Below, one piece after another: positions 1-9,583 of a stretch of DNA of 42,968 nucleotides. The position numbers were made by a program, and so were the translations under genes. Source of the stretch: Patescibacteria group bacterium (lineage in GTDB: Bacteria; Patescibacteriota; Minisyncoccia; UBA6257; GWB1-50-10). How positions within the stretch are numbered: the stretch's first letter is position 1; every line of letters starts with the position of its first letter. A model generated the notes under the pieces. That model made no database searches, was not told where the DNA came from, and saw only the letters and a list, made by a program, of their open reading frames with translations. The stretch is from NCBI GenBank assembly GCA_023474215.1, contig JAMCYI010000007.1, positions 1 to 42,968 of the forward strand, given 5' to 3'.

Positions 1-57
1 GGCATCGTGACGCGCGAGGACATTTACGGTACCATACTCAAGAAACACTTGGGTTAA
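1..57 (+). CDS. 3' end of probable CBS-domain protein (partial)
   Basis: Frame 1 reads GIVTREDIYGTILKKHLG*. GIVT-x-x-D is the CBS C-terminal motif. TAATG overlap with the next gene. Confidence 0.6.
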   Translation, partial: GIVTREDIYGTILKKHLG

Positions 58-326
58 TGTACTTCGTCTATATCATCGAATGCGAAGACGGAAGTTTGTA
101 CACCGGCATCACGACGGACGTCGAGCGGCGCTTCCTTGAACACCGAAAAGGCATCGGCGGTGGGTATACCGCTGCGCACAAACCGAAGAAAATCGCCTAC
201 ACCGAAAAGCGCAAAACGCGGAGCGCGGCCTTGAAGCGCGAGGCCGAGATTAAAAAACTGAAGCGAGAAGAGAAATTAAAGCTGATAGGAAAACGATCGG
301 GAAAGGAGTACCATATAATGCTATGA
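57..326 (+). CDS. GIY-YIG nuclease family protein (UPF0213-like)
   Basis: YFVYIIECEDGSLYTGITTDVERRFLEH...ALKREAEIKK. Confidence 0.92.
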   Translation: MYFVYIIECEDGSLYTGITTDVERRFLEHRKGIGGGYTAAHKPKKIAYTEKRKTRSAALKREAEIKKLKREEKLKLIGKRSGKEYHIML

Positions 327-817
327 ACCACATTATCATCTACACTGCGGAGTACCTTTATCTCGTCGTGCTCCTTGTCGCTGCGATCTTCTTCTTTAAG
401 CAGCCGCGGAAGATCCAGAAGAGCATGATCGTCTGCGGCGTGATCATCGCGCCGGTTTCCTACATTCTCGCGAAGATCGGCTCGCATCTCTACTACGACA
501 CCCGACCCTTCGTTGTGGGCCATTTTACTCCCCTCATCGCCCATGCCGCCGACAACGGTTTCCCATCAGACCACATGCTCCTTGTATCCGCCGTTGCGAT
601 GATCGTCACGTTCTACAATAAAAGACTCGGTGCGGTGCTTTGGGTACTCGCGCTCTTCGTTGGCATCGCGCGCGTCTTGTCCGGCGTCCACCATGTCACG
701 GACATCGTGGGAAGCATCGTCTTCGTCCTCATCGCAGCCGCTATCTACTACTTCACCGTCGGCAAGAAACAGATCGAACGAGAAAAGAACCCTCTCGAAA
801 ACCGCATCCGCATATGA
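323..817 (+). CDS. PAP2 family phosphatase (BcrC-like undecaprenyl-diphosphatase)
   Basis: RP..FPSDH..ARVLSGVHHVTD motifs; several TM helices. Confidence 0.9.
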   Translation: MNHIIIYTAEYLYLVVLLVAAIFFFKQPRKIQKSMIVCGVIIAPVSYILAKIGSHLYYDTRPFVVGHFTPLIAHAADNGFPSDHMLLVSAVAMIVTFYNKRLGAVLWVLALFVGIARVLSGVHHVTDIVGSIVFVLIAAAIYYFTVGKKQIEREKNPLENRIRI

Positions 818-1428
818 AATACAAAGCGGTGATATTCGACTTCGGCGGCGTCATTGAGCTCGACGGCGGCGGGAGCATGCTGGAGGATATCGCCGAAAAC
901 CTCCATGTCCCCCCAGAAGACCTCAAAAGAGCCTACTTCGAACGCAACCACCTCTCGAATGTACACAACGTAAAGTGGGAAGATATGATGAAAGAAGTGA
1001 TACGCGTCTTCGATAAAAGCAAGGCTGCTGAAGACCGCGTTATGGAGCTGGTACGTGAACGCCGGAACAGGAGCGCCATCAACACAGAACTTTTGAAGCT
1101 GTTTCCTATTCTCCGCCGGGAAGGATACAAAGTCGCTATTTTGAGCAATAATACGTCGGACCTCAGAAAATTTCTGGGAGAAAAAGGGATCGACAAACTC
1201 GTGGATGAGATCGTGATCTCCGGAGAAATAGGATTTCAAAAACCCCACAAGGAGGCATTCGACATCGCTTTCAAAAAATTGGGAATCCGGGCGGAAGAAG
1301 CTGTCTTCGTCGATGATTCGCCGAAAAGTCTCGAAAAAGCAGCCGAAATCGGCTATCACCCGATCCTCTTCACGGACAATGAGTCTCTGAAATCGGCCTT
1401 GGATAAGGTCGACATAACGATACAATGA
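814..1428 (+). CDS. HAD family hydrolase, subfamily IA
   Basis: Likely start MKYKAVIFDFGGV at an ATGA overlap; ILSN, QKP and FVDD motifs. Confidence 0.9.
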   Translation: MKYKAVIFDFGGVIELDGGGSMLEDIAENLHVPPEDLKRAYFERNHLSNVHNVKWEDMMKEVIRVFDKSKAAEDRVMELVRERRNRSAINTELLKLFPILRREGYKVAILSNNTSDLRKFLGEKGIDKLVDEIVISGEIGFQKPHKEAFDIAFKKLGIRAEEAVFVDDSPKSLEKAAEIGYHPILFTDNESLKSALDKVDITIQ

Positions 1429-1961
1429 AGAGAGCAGAGAAATTTATCATCATTCTGGACGGGCCAATGGGTGCCGGGAAAAGTACGGTAGGAGAACTCC
1501 TCGCAAAGAGGCTGAAGCGAACTGCCATCGTGAACGAAGACAAGATCAAATGGTTCATCTCGGATTTCAAGCGGTGCAAGCGGGACAATGCCATCGTCCG
1601 CGCAGTCCTCATCGCCATGTGCAAGGAATATCTGCAGCAAGGCATCAATCTCGTGATCGCGCAGGGATTTTCGAAAACGGCGCGGCCACTCACGCCGTTT
1701 TCGACCATGGCAAAGAAGAGCGGCTACCGGCTCTTCGTCTACCACCTCAATGCCCCGAAAAATGTTCTCTTGAAGCGTATCAAGACCAGGAAGACATCGA
1801 AGAACGTTCGGGTCCCGATCGCCCAATCGAGGATCCACCGGAACATCAAAATTTGGAACGCGAACCGTTACTTCGTCGGGAAAGAGTTCCCGACCGAAAA
1901 AATGAGCGCAGAGAAAATCGCCCGGTCGATTTTGAAAGAAATGAAGCCGATCATCAAATGA
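1425..1961 (+). CDS. P-loop nucleotide kinase-like (AAA_33-type) protein
   Basis: Walker A GPMGAGKST; kinase-type LxKRIxxR lid. Confidence 0.8.
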   Translation: MKRAEKFIIILDGPMGAGKSTVGELLAKRLKRTAIVNEDKIKWFISDFKRCKRDNAIVRAVLIAMCKEYLQQGINLVIAQGFSKTARPLTPFSTMAKKSGYRLFVYHLNAPKNVLLKRIKTRKTSKNVRVPIAQSRIHRNIKIWNANRYFVGKEFPTEKMSAEKIARSILKEMKPIIK

Positions 1962-2680
1962 AACTGAAAATTCTTTCGTGGAACATCTGGGGCGGACAAC
2001 ATCTCCCCGAAATACTGGAACTCATCGAACGGGAAAAACCGGACGTCATCGGCCTCCAGGAAGTCATCGAAGACCTCGACGGGACGAACAATACCGCGAG
2101 AACCATCGCGGAAAGGCTGGGATACGAATGGTTTTTCTACCCGACATACGAAGTGGATACCGGCCGGCTCTATCATCTCCTCGAACCCCGGACGGTACGC
2201 ATGGGAAACGCGATCTTGAGCAAACCCAAGATCGCGGAAACGGACGTGCGCCAGTTATCTGAAGAAAAGGGCAGGTTTGCCGTCGAAGCCGTTATCAACG
2301 CAGGCGGGAAAGATATCCGTTTCTTCTCGACCCACCTGAAACACACCCATCAGAAACCCGAGGAATTGCAGAACGCGCAAGCACAGTCGCTCGTGAAACT
2401 CATGCCGAAAGAGAACGCCATCCTCATGGGCGACTTCAACGCGACGCCGGAAAGCGATTGCCTCGCAATCATAAACGGAGGAACGATGAAAAATACGGAT
2501 GCGAAGCTCAAGCCAACCTGGAGCGTATACCCCGAAGGCTGCCCAATCTGCAAACCGCAGAAACTCGACACCCGCCTCGATTACCTGTTCGCCTCGAAAG
2601 ATCTGAAAACCGATTCATTCATTATTTACGATTCAAAGGGGTCCGACCACCTTCCCATTTCGGTCGTTCTCAAGATTTGA
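1958..2680 (+). CDS. Endonuclease/exonuclease/phosphatase (EEP) family protein
   Basis: Start MKLKILSWNI at an ATGA overlap; GLQEV, THL, MGDFNA, LDY and SDHLPI motifs. Confidence 0.92.
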   Translation: MKLKILSWNIWGGQHLPEILELIEREKPDVIGLQEVIEDLDGTNNTARTIAERLGYEWFFYPTYEVDTGRLYHLLEPRTVRMGNAILSKPKIAETDVRQLSEEKGRFAVEAVINAGGKDIRFFSTHLKHTHQKPEELQNAQAQSLVKLMPKENAILMGDFNATPESDCLAIINGGTMKNTDAKLKPTWSVYPEGCPICKPQKLDTRLDYLFASKDLKTDSFIIYDSKGSDHLPISVVLKI

Positions 2681-2684
2681 ACCG

Positions 2685-3422
2685 ATGATCGTCAAATCCA
2701 TACAAACGCGCATATTCAGGGAAGGAGAACCACTTCTGCCGTTCATCAACCGCTATATCAAAAAACTGAACGATAAGTCCATTCTCGTCGTGACGTCGAA
2801 AATCGTTTCCCTCTCGGAAGGGAATGTCCGAGAAATAAAAAACTCCCGCACGCGGGAAAATCTCATTAAAGCGGAAAGCGAATTCGCGATGCGCACGAAG
2901 TACACCTGGCTCACCGTGAAAGACGGCATGGTGATGTCCTCGGCCGGCGTCGACGAATCAAATGCAAACGGGAAGATCGTTCTCCTTCCGCGGGACAGCT
3001 TTAAAACGGCGGGAATGCTGCGGCTCGATCTCATGAAACGGCACCGCATCAAAAACCTCGGCATCATCATAACCGACAGCCGTCTCCTTCCCCTCCGCGC
3101 CGGTGTCGTGGGCGTCGCTCTCGGCTGGAGCGGCTTTTCAGGCGTGCGGGACTACCGCGGGAAACCCGATATTTTCGGCAGAATCCTCAGACTTTCGCGA
3201 ACCGACCTCGCGGACAGTCTGGCGACCGCGGCAGTCGCGGTCATGGGCGAAGGCGCGGAACAACAACCGCTGGCCCTCATAACCGGCGCACCCGTGGAAT
3301 TCAGGAAAAATACCGATAGAAACGAGCTCTCCATCGACATTAAGGAGGATATTTATCAACCCCTCTTCGAAAAAATAAAGAAACTGAAACTGCCGAAAAA
3401 ACATGCGGGAAATAGAAATTAA
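2685..3422 (+). CDS. CofE-like gamma-glutamyl ligase (F420-0:glutamate ligase family; possibly alternative folylpolyglutamate synthase)
   Basis: VVTSKIVS, AGVDESN, IITDS, DYRGKPDIFGR, DSLA and MGEGAEQQP motifs. Confidence 0.85.
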   Translation: MIVKSIQTRIFREGEPLLPFINRYIKKLNDKSILVVTSKIVSLSEGNVREIKNSRTRENLIKAESEFAMRTKYTWLTVKDGMVMSSAGVDESNANGKIVLLPRDSFKTAGMLRLDLMKRHRIKNLGIIITDSRLLPLRAGVVGVALGWSGFSGVRDYRGKPDIFGRILRLSRTDLADSLATAAVAVMGEGAEQQPLALITGAPVEFRKNTDRNELSIDIKEDIYQPLFEKIKKLKLPKKHAGNRN

Positions 3423-3951
3423 ACTCAGGGTAAAAAATTTCAAAGCATTGGAAGTGAAGCTCACCGCCGATAACTGCCGGCTCTCGGATCCGATCCGACA
3501 GGAAGACGTCATCTATTCGCTTCGCGGAAGTGAAAATGAATGGCGGGAAGCCAAAGAGGGTGATATCATCGTCCGGATACGACGAGAAAACAACCGCTCT
3601 CTTTTTACTTTGAAAAAGCAGCAAACAAATGAAATGGACAACACGGAGCTTGAGACGGAAGTGAGCGATCCGGATGCTCTCCACGAAGCACTTCTCCTCA
3701 TGGGATACGTTCCTCAGGTAGAGGTCAAGAAAAACCGAAGGGAGGGCAAATGGGGAGAATATGAGATTTGCCTCGACGAGGTCGATGAACTCGGCACGTT
3801 TGTCGAACTTGAGAAACTAACATCCGAAGACGCCGATCCGAATGAGGTCCGGGAAGAATTATTTAAAGTCCTCGAAAACCTTGGCCTCTCGCGGAATGAT
3901 GAAGAAACGCGGGGATACGATACCCAGATGTACCTCCTCCGGAAAAAGTGA
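3403..3951 (+). CDS. CYTH domain protein (class IV adenylate cyclase / triphosphate tunnel metalloenzyme)
   Basis: EIEIK N-terminal motif; RIR, ELETEV, LDEVDELGTFVELE. Confidence 0.88.
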   Translation: MREIEIKLRVKNFKALEVKLTADNCRLSDPIRQEDVIYSLRGSENEWREAKEGDIIVRIRRENNRSLFTLKKQQTNEMDNTELETEVSDPDALHEALLLMGYVPQVEVKKNRREGKWGEYEICLDEVDELGTFVELEKLTSEDADPNEVREELFKVLENLGLSRNDEETRGYDTQMYLLRKK

Positions 3952-6124
3952 TCACTGTTTTTTGAGGGGGAACGAAACCGTAAACGTACTCCCCTTTCCT
4001 TCCGAAGATTTGAACGTGACGGCACCGCCCATCTTGTCCGAGAGCATCCGGACGATAAAGAGCCCCAACCCCGTACCCGAGACCTCTTGAGTGTTCTTTC
4101 CGCGGACCCGGAAAAACTTTTGAAAGATATGTTCCTTTTGGTCCTCCGGAATGCCATAGCCGGTATCCTTGAATTCCATAACGACGCTCGACCCCTTTTT
4201 TGAGACGACAATGCCGAGCGTTCCGCCGGTTTTATTGTACTTGATGCCGTTGCTCACCAGATTCATAATGACCTCCTTCACTTTGTCGGAATCCACGAGC
4301 GCCGGAGGGATCTTGCCGCTGGAACGGAACGTCACCCGGACTTTCTGCTTGCGGGGCCAGCGAAGACATTTCCTTCACGACCGACTGAACGATCGGAACG
4401 ACATCGGTCGGCTGCACGGAAACTTTCACGGTGCCGGATTCCGAACGAGCGATCTCAAGGAGATCATTGATAAGCTGGTTCAAAATGTCGCTCGCCGAAT
4501 TGATCGCCTTTAAATTTTCCCGTACGTCCTTCGGGAATTTCACGCTGGTCTTTGAAACCATTTGAAGGAATCCCTTGATGGCCGCAATGGGAGTTCGAAG
4601 CTCGTGCGCGGCGATGAACACGAATTCGTCCTTCAACCGGGCGACGTTCCTTGCCTCGGCGAGTTCGCGCTCTTCGGTTTCTTTCAACTCCTTCGTGCGC
4701 TCTTCCACGCGCCCTTCCAATTCCTTGTTGAATTCCTTGATTTCGGCGTAAGACTGCGCATTGTCGATGGCAACGCCGGCGCTTAAAGCAAAGGTATTCA
4801 AAAACTTCAGATCCTGGCTGTAGTACACCTCCCCCGATCTCTTTTCTCCGAGCACCAGAAGGGCAACTTCGCGCTTTTCGACGCGGATAGGGATGGCAAC
4901 GGCAACATCGAACGACCGGAAAAGCTGTTTCAACGGCCCTTCCTCAAGATCGTCGAAGAGGAAATACGGCACCGCATCGAAAGACCCGTGAAAAAGTCCC
5001 TCGAACCCCGAAGCGGTCAAAAGCCGCTTGTCGTAACCGACACCAAAGACATTCACAAAAACATGATCACGCATAATGAGGAATGCCCCCTTCGAAATAT
5101 TCATGCTTTTCATGAGCGCTTTGAGGATTTGATCCGTCAGCGCCTCAAGATCGATCGTCTCCGCCATGATGTGAGTAAGCTCCGAAAGAAGGATGTCGCT
5201 GTCGTACGACCCGGCGAAAAAGATCTTGTTCGTTATGCGCCGCATCGAGCGCTCAAGCGGTTCGAAAGAAAGAGCGGTCACGGCTAAAAGGATGAGGAAT
5301 ATGATGAAAAGATTGAAACTGATGGGAATGAAACGATCGGCAATCAAGAGAAGCACAAGAGAATATGCACCAGCGAGGAGGACGACCAGGACCACGAAAG
5401 AAACTATGCGGACGATGACGGGCTTGATGTCCAACAGATGATACCTGCTGATGGCGTATGCGATGGCGGTAAGCAGTACAAAGAGATAGGACGGACCCAA
5501 AAACACCGTGGCGGAAGTCTTGAAAAAAACCACGAGAATGAACGTCAAAACAGCCAAGACTGAAAAAGAAAATGACATGCCGACCAAGAGGGTGCCCCAC
5601 CCGGCTTTTTCGATGCCCGTCGCCCGGTGATACTTCCTGACCATAATGACCAAACTGAGAGCTATGAGCGCCACAAAATCAATGAAGTAGAGGAAAATAC
5701 CCGGCCCCGGCACGGGAACCGGCTGGCCATTCGGATACTGAATGCCTTGGAAGATGAGCGGGGTGAACGACAAGACGGCCGTCGCCCCCATGAGAAGGAT
5801 GAGCGGAACGGAATACCGCTTCTTCATTTGAAATTTTGCACGGGGAAAGGTAGCCGCAAAAAACACCAAAAGAGGGCCGAGGAACGCGCTGAAAAACATC
5901 ACCACCCGTATCCAAAAAAGCTGATCGCCGGGGGTTTGTATCGGCGGATGCAACGACAAGAAATTCGAAATATCGTAAATGTCGATATAAACGGCGATAA
6001 GCAGGAAAAATCGGTGCGTCCAACTTTTGGGATTCTTGAGAAAAACAGCAAGACCAATGAACGTCGTAATGGCAAACACGGCGATCCCCAACACAACTTC
6101 TATCGTTTTCACCTCAAGAGGCAT
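3952..6124 (-). pseudogene. Membrane sensor histidine kinase (multi-TM / HisKA_7TM-like + GAF + HisKA + HATPase) split by a +1 frameshift
   Basis: H-box AAHELRTP lies in ORF 4232..6184. N, G1, F and G2 boxes (NLVSNGIKY, DTGYGI, FQKFFR, GTGLGL) lie in ORF 3952..4335. Removing one G from GGGG at 4353-4356 joins them as ...SSLA-RKQKVRVTF... (~723 aa). Confidence 0.85.
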
Positions 6125-6131
6125 CATTCCT

Positions 6132-6140
6132 ATTATACCA
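6132..6140 (-). promoter_or_regulatory. Extended -10 promoter (TGgTATAAT) of the kinase gene, probably leaderless
   Basis: TATAAT 7 nt upstream of ATG 6124. Confidence 0.6.
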
Positions 6141-6144
6141 ATAC

Positions 6145-6175
6145 AAAAATAAAAGGACCGCGGAATGCGGTCCTT
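6145..6175 (-). terminator. Rho-independent terminator of the ThiF operon
   Basis: AAGGACCGC-ATTCC-GCGGTCCTT followed by TTATTTTTG on the minus strand. Confidence 0.75.
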
Positions 6176-6188
6176 GAAAGGCAACAGA

Positions 6189-7184
6189 TCAATGATCGGC
6201 CGCCCGTATCATTTGCCGGATGCTCTTCGATCGGTCCGGTAGAGATGTGATCTTGAGTCTCAAAGCAGGGTTGTCCCCGACCTCGCGATCGAGGATATCC
6301 CGAAGCTTGCCGTCATCGGACTTGATAAAGAGTCCGATATCGTCGACCGAAAGATGCAGTTTTCTCACGGAAGCATACAACTCCTCGTTATTCAAAAAAT
6401 ACAACGGGAATCGATACACATACGAAGAAAGTGCTTGCCGATCCAAGCGGATCGACGCTTCCGGAACGCCGAGGATCACATGCGCCGGTGTGAAGGCAGG
6501 TGGAAAGATAGCGTCATTGCGTCTCACGGACAACGCTTTGACAATGAGCTCATCTCGAATGATGCCGAAGAGATACCGAAACGGAAACCCTTTCCGGGAA
6601 CATTCATCGAGGAACGATTCGTTGATGACGGCGAAACCCAGTGCAACATCCGCATGTTTCGACGGCAAGAGATCCGAGTACTTTTCGAATCCTCGGTCGC
6701 GAAAAAAGGGACGGATGCCGCAAAGCCGCGAACTGTTCACGATAAAATCCCGATAATCGGATCGGGAGCCGAAAAGAATCTCCTTCGCCGCTTCCATGAC
6801 GGGCTTGCCGTTGCAAACGAAGAGCGACAATTCCTCCACGTCAGGAGGATCGCCGCTGGCCGGTACAAAACGGTAGCTCACCCATTCTTCGATCATGGCT
6901 CCATCGAGCTTTTTCCGGTGAGGATAATCCAACCGAACAAGATACACAACGGCTTTCCCGTCGTCGCGATCGAGCGGCCGGAAATCTCCCCAACGCTGAT
7001 ACGAAGTTCTCGAAGCAACGACGAGCTTCCGCAGCGCATCGCTTTCCCATTCGTCGCGGAAAAGGCTCTTTGCTCGATACACCTCGAACTGAATTCCACC
7101 GATGACACGCTTTGCGATCGGCGGAGGAAGTGCTGTTCCGAGCTCCCGTATTTCGACAAGAGAAATTGCGGATTCGTTCTTCAT
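6189..7184 (-). CDS. Hypothetical protein, putative GNAT-fold (LuxI/FeeM-like) N-acyltransferase
   Basis: LDRDD..AVVYL, SYRFVPASGDP and NSSRLCGI resemble the LuxI/FeeM D-x-x-D, RLLP and ExSRF blocks. SD GGAG; ATGA-coupled to the nitroreductase. Fold assignment is inference. Confidence 0.55.
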   Translation of the reverse strand: MKNESAISLVEIRELGTALPPPIAKRVIGGIQFEVYRAKSLFRDEWESDALRKLVVASRTSYQRWGDFRPLDRDDGKAVVYLVRLDYPHRKKLDGAMIEEWVSYRFVPASGDPPDVEELSLFVCNGKPVMEAAKEILFGSRSDYRDFIVNSSRLCGIRPFFRDRGFEKYSDLLPSKHADVALGFAVINESFLDECSRKGFPFRYLFGIIRDELIVKALSVRRNDAIFPPAFTPAHVILGVPEASIRLDRQALSSYVYRFPLYFLNNEELYASVRKLHLSVDDIGLFIKSDDGKLRDILDREVGDNPALRLKITSLPDRSKSIRQMIRAADH

Positions 7185-8257
7185 AGCAACTCCCCTTCCT
7201 CGGCAATGATCTCTCCGACCTCGTTGACCGAAAGACGCGGTGCATGGGGCATTGTTTCTTTCGCATACCCCATTCGAAAGAGCATGGTCGGACGACCCTT
7301 GCCTTTCAATCTCAGCCGGAGCATTTGATTTGCCAGGCCGACTTCGATGATGCCTGCATGAACCGCGACGCTCAGTCCGTTCGATTGAGCGGAGAGGGCG
7401 GCTTTTTCAAAAGCCATCCCGACCGTAAGCCACGACCGCGGCGTATCTTCCGGAGCGCTCACCACAAAAACGGCAGGCGAACTCCGGATACCGTTGCGGC
7501 TTGAACGGGCGAATCCCGCCATTTTTCCGGGATTCACCGGTCCGACTTTCCCCAGTTCCTGCTTTATGGAAGATGCCGTCATATCGTCCAAACCGAACGT
7601 CATTCCGGGCATTCCCCTCCCTTCCAGAGAATTGTTTACCAAAAAGAACTTCGACAGTTCGTTTCGGAAACGAGTTCTCATCACGACCGTACTGTCGGCC
7701 ATATACTGGAAGTCGGAAATGGCGAGAATGGTCGGCATATCTGTTATGACCTGCAGTTCCAAGCCCATGTCTTGAATCATTCCCGTGATCCGATCGATGA
7801 TTGCGGAAGGGATCGGCTTCGTTGAATCGTATTCGTTCCGATTCATGCTCCGCGCTTTCATGACATTCAAAAGTTCACGGTCACTGTGGAGCACGTACGA
7901 TTCGCGGACATCTTCAAGGCGGAATGAAACAATGGGCGCCGGGTACAACGGCATGCCGGGCAGAAAATCGAAGGAATAGGACAAATGGTATGATTCCGCT
8001 GCCGAAACGACATTTTGGAGCGCGCATCCGATACTGACGACCGACTGGCGCCCCCGTTTGTCGGATTCCGGTAAAACGAACCGACCGTCCAAGCAAAGAT
8101 CGATCACTCCTTTCGATGGAATGATGCGGAATTTCCACGGCTGGGTGTTATGCGTGCTTGGCGCAAGGATCCCCCACCCGACAAGATGTTCCAAGAGCTC
8201 TTCGACACCGACATCCCCTTCGAGGATCGGGATATTCCAAGGATCGTAGTTCTTCAC
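7181..8257 (-). CDS. Nitroreductase family protein (Acg/Rv1355c C-terminal-like)
   Basis: LAPSTHNTQPWKF, SIGCALQN, RSMNR, LFRMGY..PR; SD AAGGAGG, GTG start overlapping the upstream stop. Confidence 0.9.
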   Translation of the reverse strand: MKNYDPWNIPILEGDVGVEELLEHLVGWGILAPSTHNTQPWKFRIIPSKGVIDLCLDGRFVLPESDKRGRQSVVSIGCALQNVVSAAESYHLSYSFDFLPGMPLYPAPIVSFRLEDVRESYVLHSDRELLNVMKARSMNRNEYDSTKPIPSAIIDRITGMIQDMGLELQVITDMPTILAISDFQYMADSTVVMRTRFRNELSKFFLVNNSLEGRGMPGMTFGLDDMTASSIKQELGKVGPVNPGKMAGFARSSRNGIRSSPAVFVVSAPEDTPRSWLTVGMAFEKAALSAQSNGLSVAVHAGIIEVGLANQMLRLRLKGKGRPTMLFRMGYAKETMPHAPRLSVNEVGEIIAEEGELL

Positions 8258-9456
8258 CGACTCACCCTCCTTTCAGCGTTCGTTATGTTGATGAATGTTC
8301 GTTCCTTCAGCTCGTGTCCCAAAATGATCCGCGGAACCGCTTCTCCGGCGAGACCAGCAGCAACCATGGCGGTCGATCCGAGCTGAGGCGCACCGCCGAA
8401 CTCCGGCGGAACGCCGTCGTGCATAAGACTTTCGACAATGATCTTGAATTCGGGCATCTGCCGATAGGTATGGCCTATCAGACCGAAGGCGAATTGAAAA
8501 AAATTGCCGAGGCTCGGATTTTTCCGGTACTGCTCTTCGACGGCGGAAATCTCTTCGTCCGACATGCCGCCGATGACAAGCGGTGATCCGGGATCAAGGT
8601 CGTACCGCTGGACATCCCGCTCGGCACCGGAACCGACATCTGAACTCATGACGACCGGTTTTCGAAGCTCGCGCGCTTTGCGGCGGATAAGCATTTTGAT
8701 GTCCGGATTGTCCACTTCATCGATGACGACGGTTGCCGGCGGCTCCCCGATAGACGGATTTCCGCCGATGAAATCATCGATGTTTCCCGCGTGGATCCCT
8801 TCGTTGAAGACGGAAATCTTCAAAAAGGGGTCGATAGCGTGGAGCTGTTCGGCAGTAACGATTGCCTTGTTCCTGCCAAGCTCATCGTAGCTTATCCGCA
8901 TCCGATTTGCGTTCGTGAGATCGAATATATCTTGATCTGCAATCTTGACATGCAGGGGGCGTACATTGAACACCACGGCATGAACGACATGGTTGCCCAA
9001 GCTGCAACCGGCAACCGCCGGAACGGACTGTTCGAAACGGTTGCGCACCTTCTGCCAATCGAGTTTCATCTCGGGATCGAGGAACAGCGTTCCGTTCCTC
9101 ACCACAAGCGACAAACGGTGCCAAAACGGCGGTGCAAACCGCACCACGTGTCCGCGGCGCGGATAGTAAACGAGTGTACCGTACCCGGACATATCGCTTT
9201 CCCCTTCTTCATATGCCTCCCATTCTTCCTGGAAACTCTCGGCAAGGGGCGAACCTTGCGTCAGATCGGCGAGGAGGCCCCTCATGGTGGGGATCAGTTG
9301 ATCGAAAAAATTCTTCCGCTCCACCATGCGGAAAAATTTACCGTTCCGATCCGCCAGCTCGATGCCGTCGTCTCGGTCGCGGATTTGAAATCCTTCCGGA
9401 AGCAGAAATTCCGGTTTCCCCTCGTAATCGGCGTAGGGATTCTTTTGCGCTTCCAT
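8254..9456 (-). CDS. ThiF/MoeB-family adenylyltransferase (Rv1355c N-terminal-like)
   Basis: LVYYP...RN, VAGCSLG, IADQDIFDLTNANR, LGRNKA, IDPF, IDEVD..K, DVQRYD and PQLGS; SD AAGGAG. Confidence 0.9.
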   Translation of the reverse strand: MEAQKNPYADYEGKPEFLLPEGFQIRDRDDGIELADRNGKFFRMVERKNFFDQLIPTMRGLLADLTQGSPLAESFQEEWEAYEEGESDMSGYGTLVYYPRRGHVVRFAPPFWHRLSLVVRNGTLFLDPEMKLDWQKVRNRFEQSVPAVAGCSLGNHVVHAVVFNVRPLHVKIADQDIFDLTNANRMRISYDELGRNKAIVTAEQLHAIDPFLKISVFNEGIHAGNIDDFIGGNPSIGEPPATVVIDEVDNPDIKMLIRRKARELRKPVVMSSDVGSGAERDVQRYDLDPGSPLVIGGMSDEEISAVEEQYRKNPSLGNFFQFAFGLIGHTYRQMPEFKIIVESLMHDGVPPEFGGAPQLGSTAMVAAGLAGEAVPRIILGHELKERTFINITNAERRVSR

Positions 9457-9583
9457 GGACGCAAACTCCTTTCTTTAAAGTTATTTCGTTCGTTATGAAA
9501 TTATCAAGAGAGCACTCTCTCATCTGCTATAAAATAGCGTGGCACGGCAGCAACACCTTGTCAAAGTATGATATAATGGAAAA

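Noticed and set aside
57-326. GIY-YIG gene as a homing endonuclease or mobile element
   Set aside because: It is a short stand-alone UPF0213-type domain with no DNA-binding extension, intron or flanking repeats.
7181-9456. ThiF and nitroreductase as one frameshifted OxzB/Rv1355c-type fusion
   Set aside because: The nitroreductase has its own AAGGAGG SD and a GTGA start/stop overlap, typical of two coupled genes.
9540-9556. TGGCACG resembling a sigma54 -24 box
   Set aside because: No TTGC at the -12 position, and the neighbouring regulator has no AAA+ domain.
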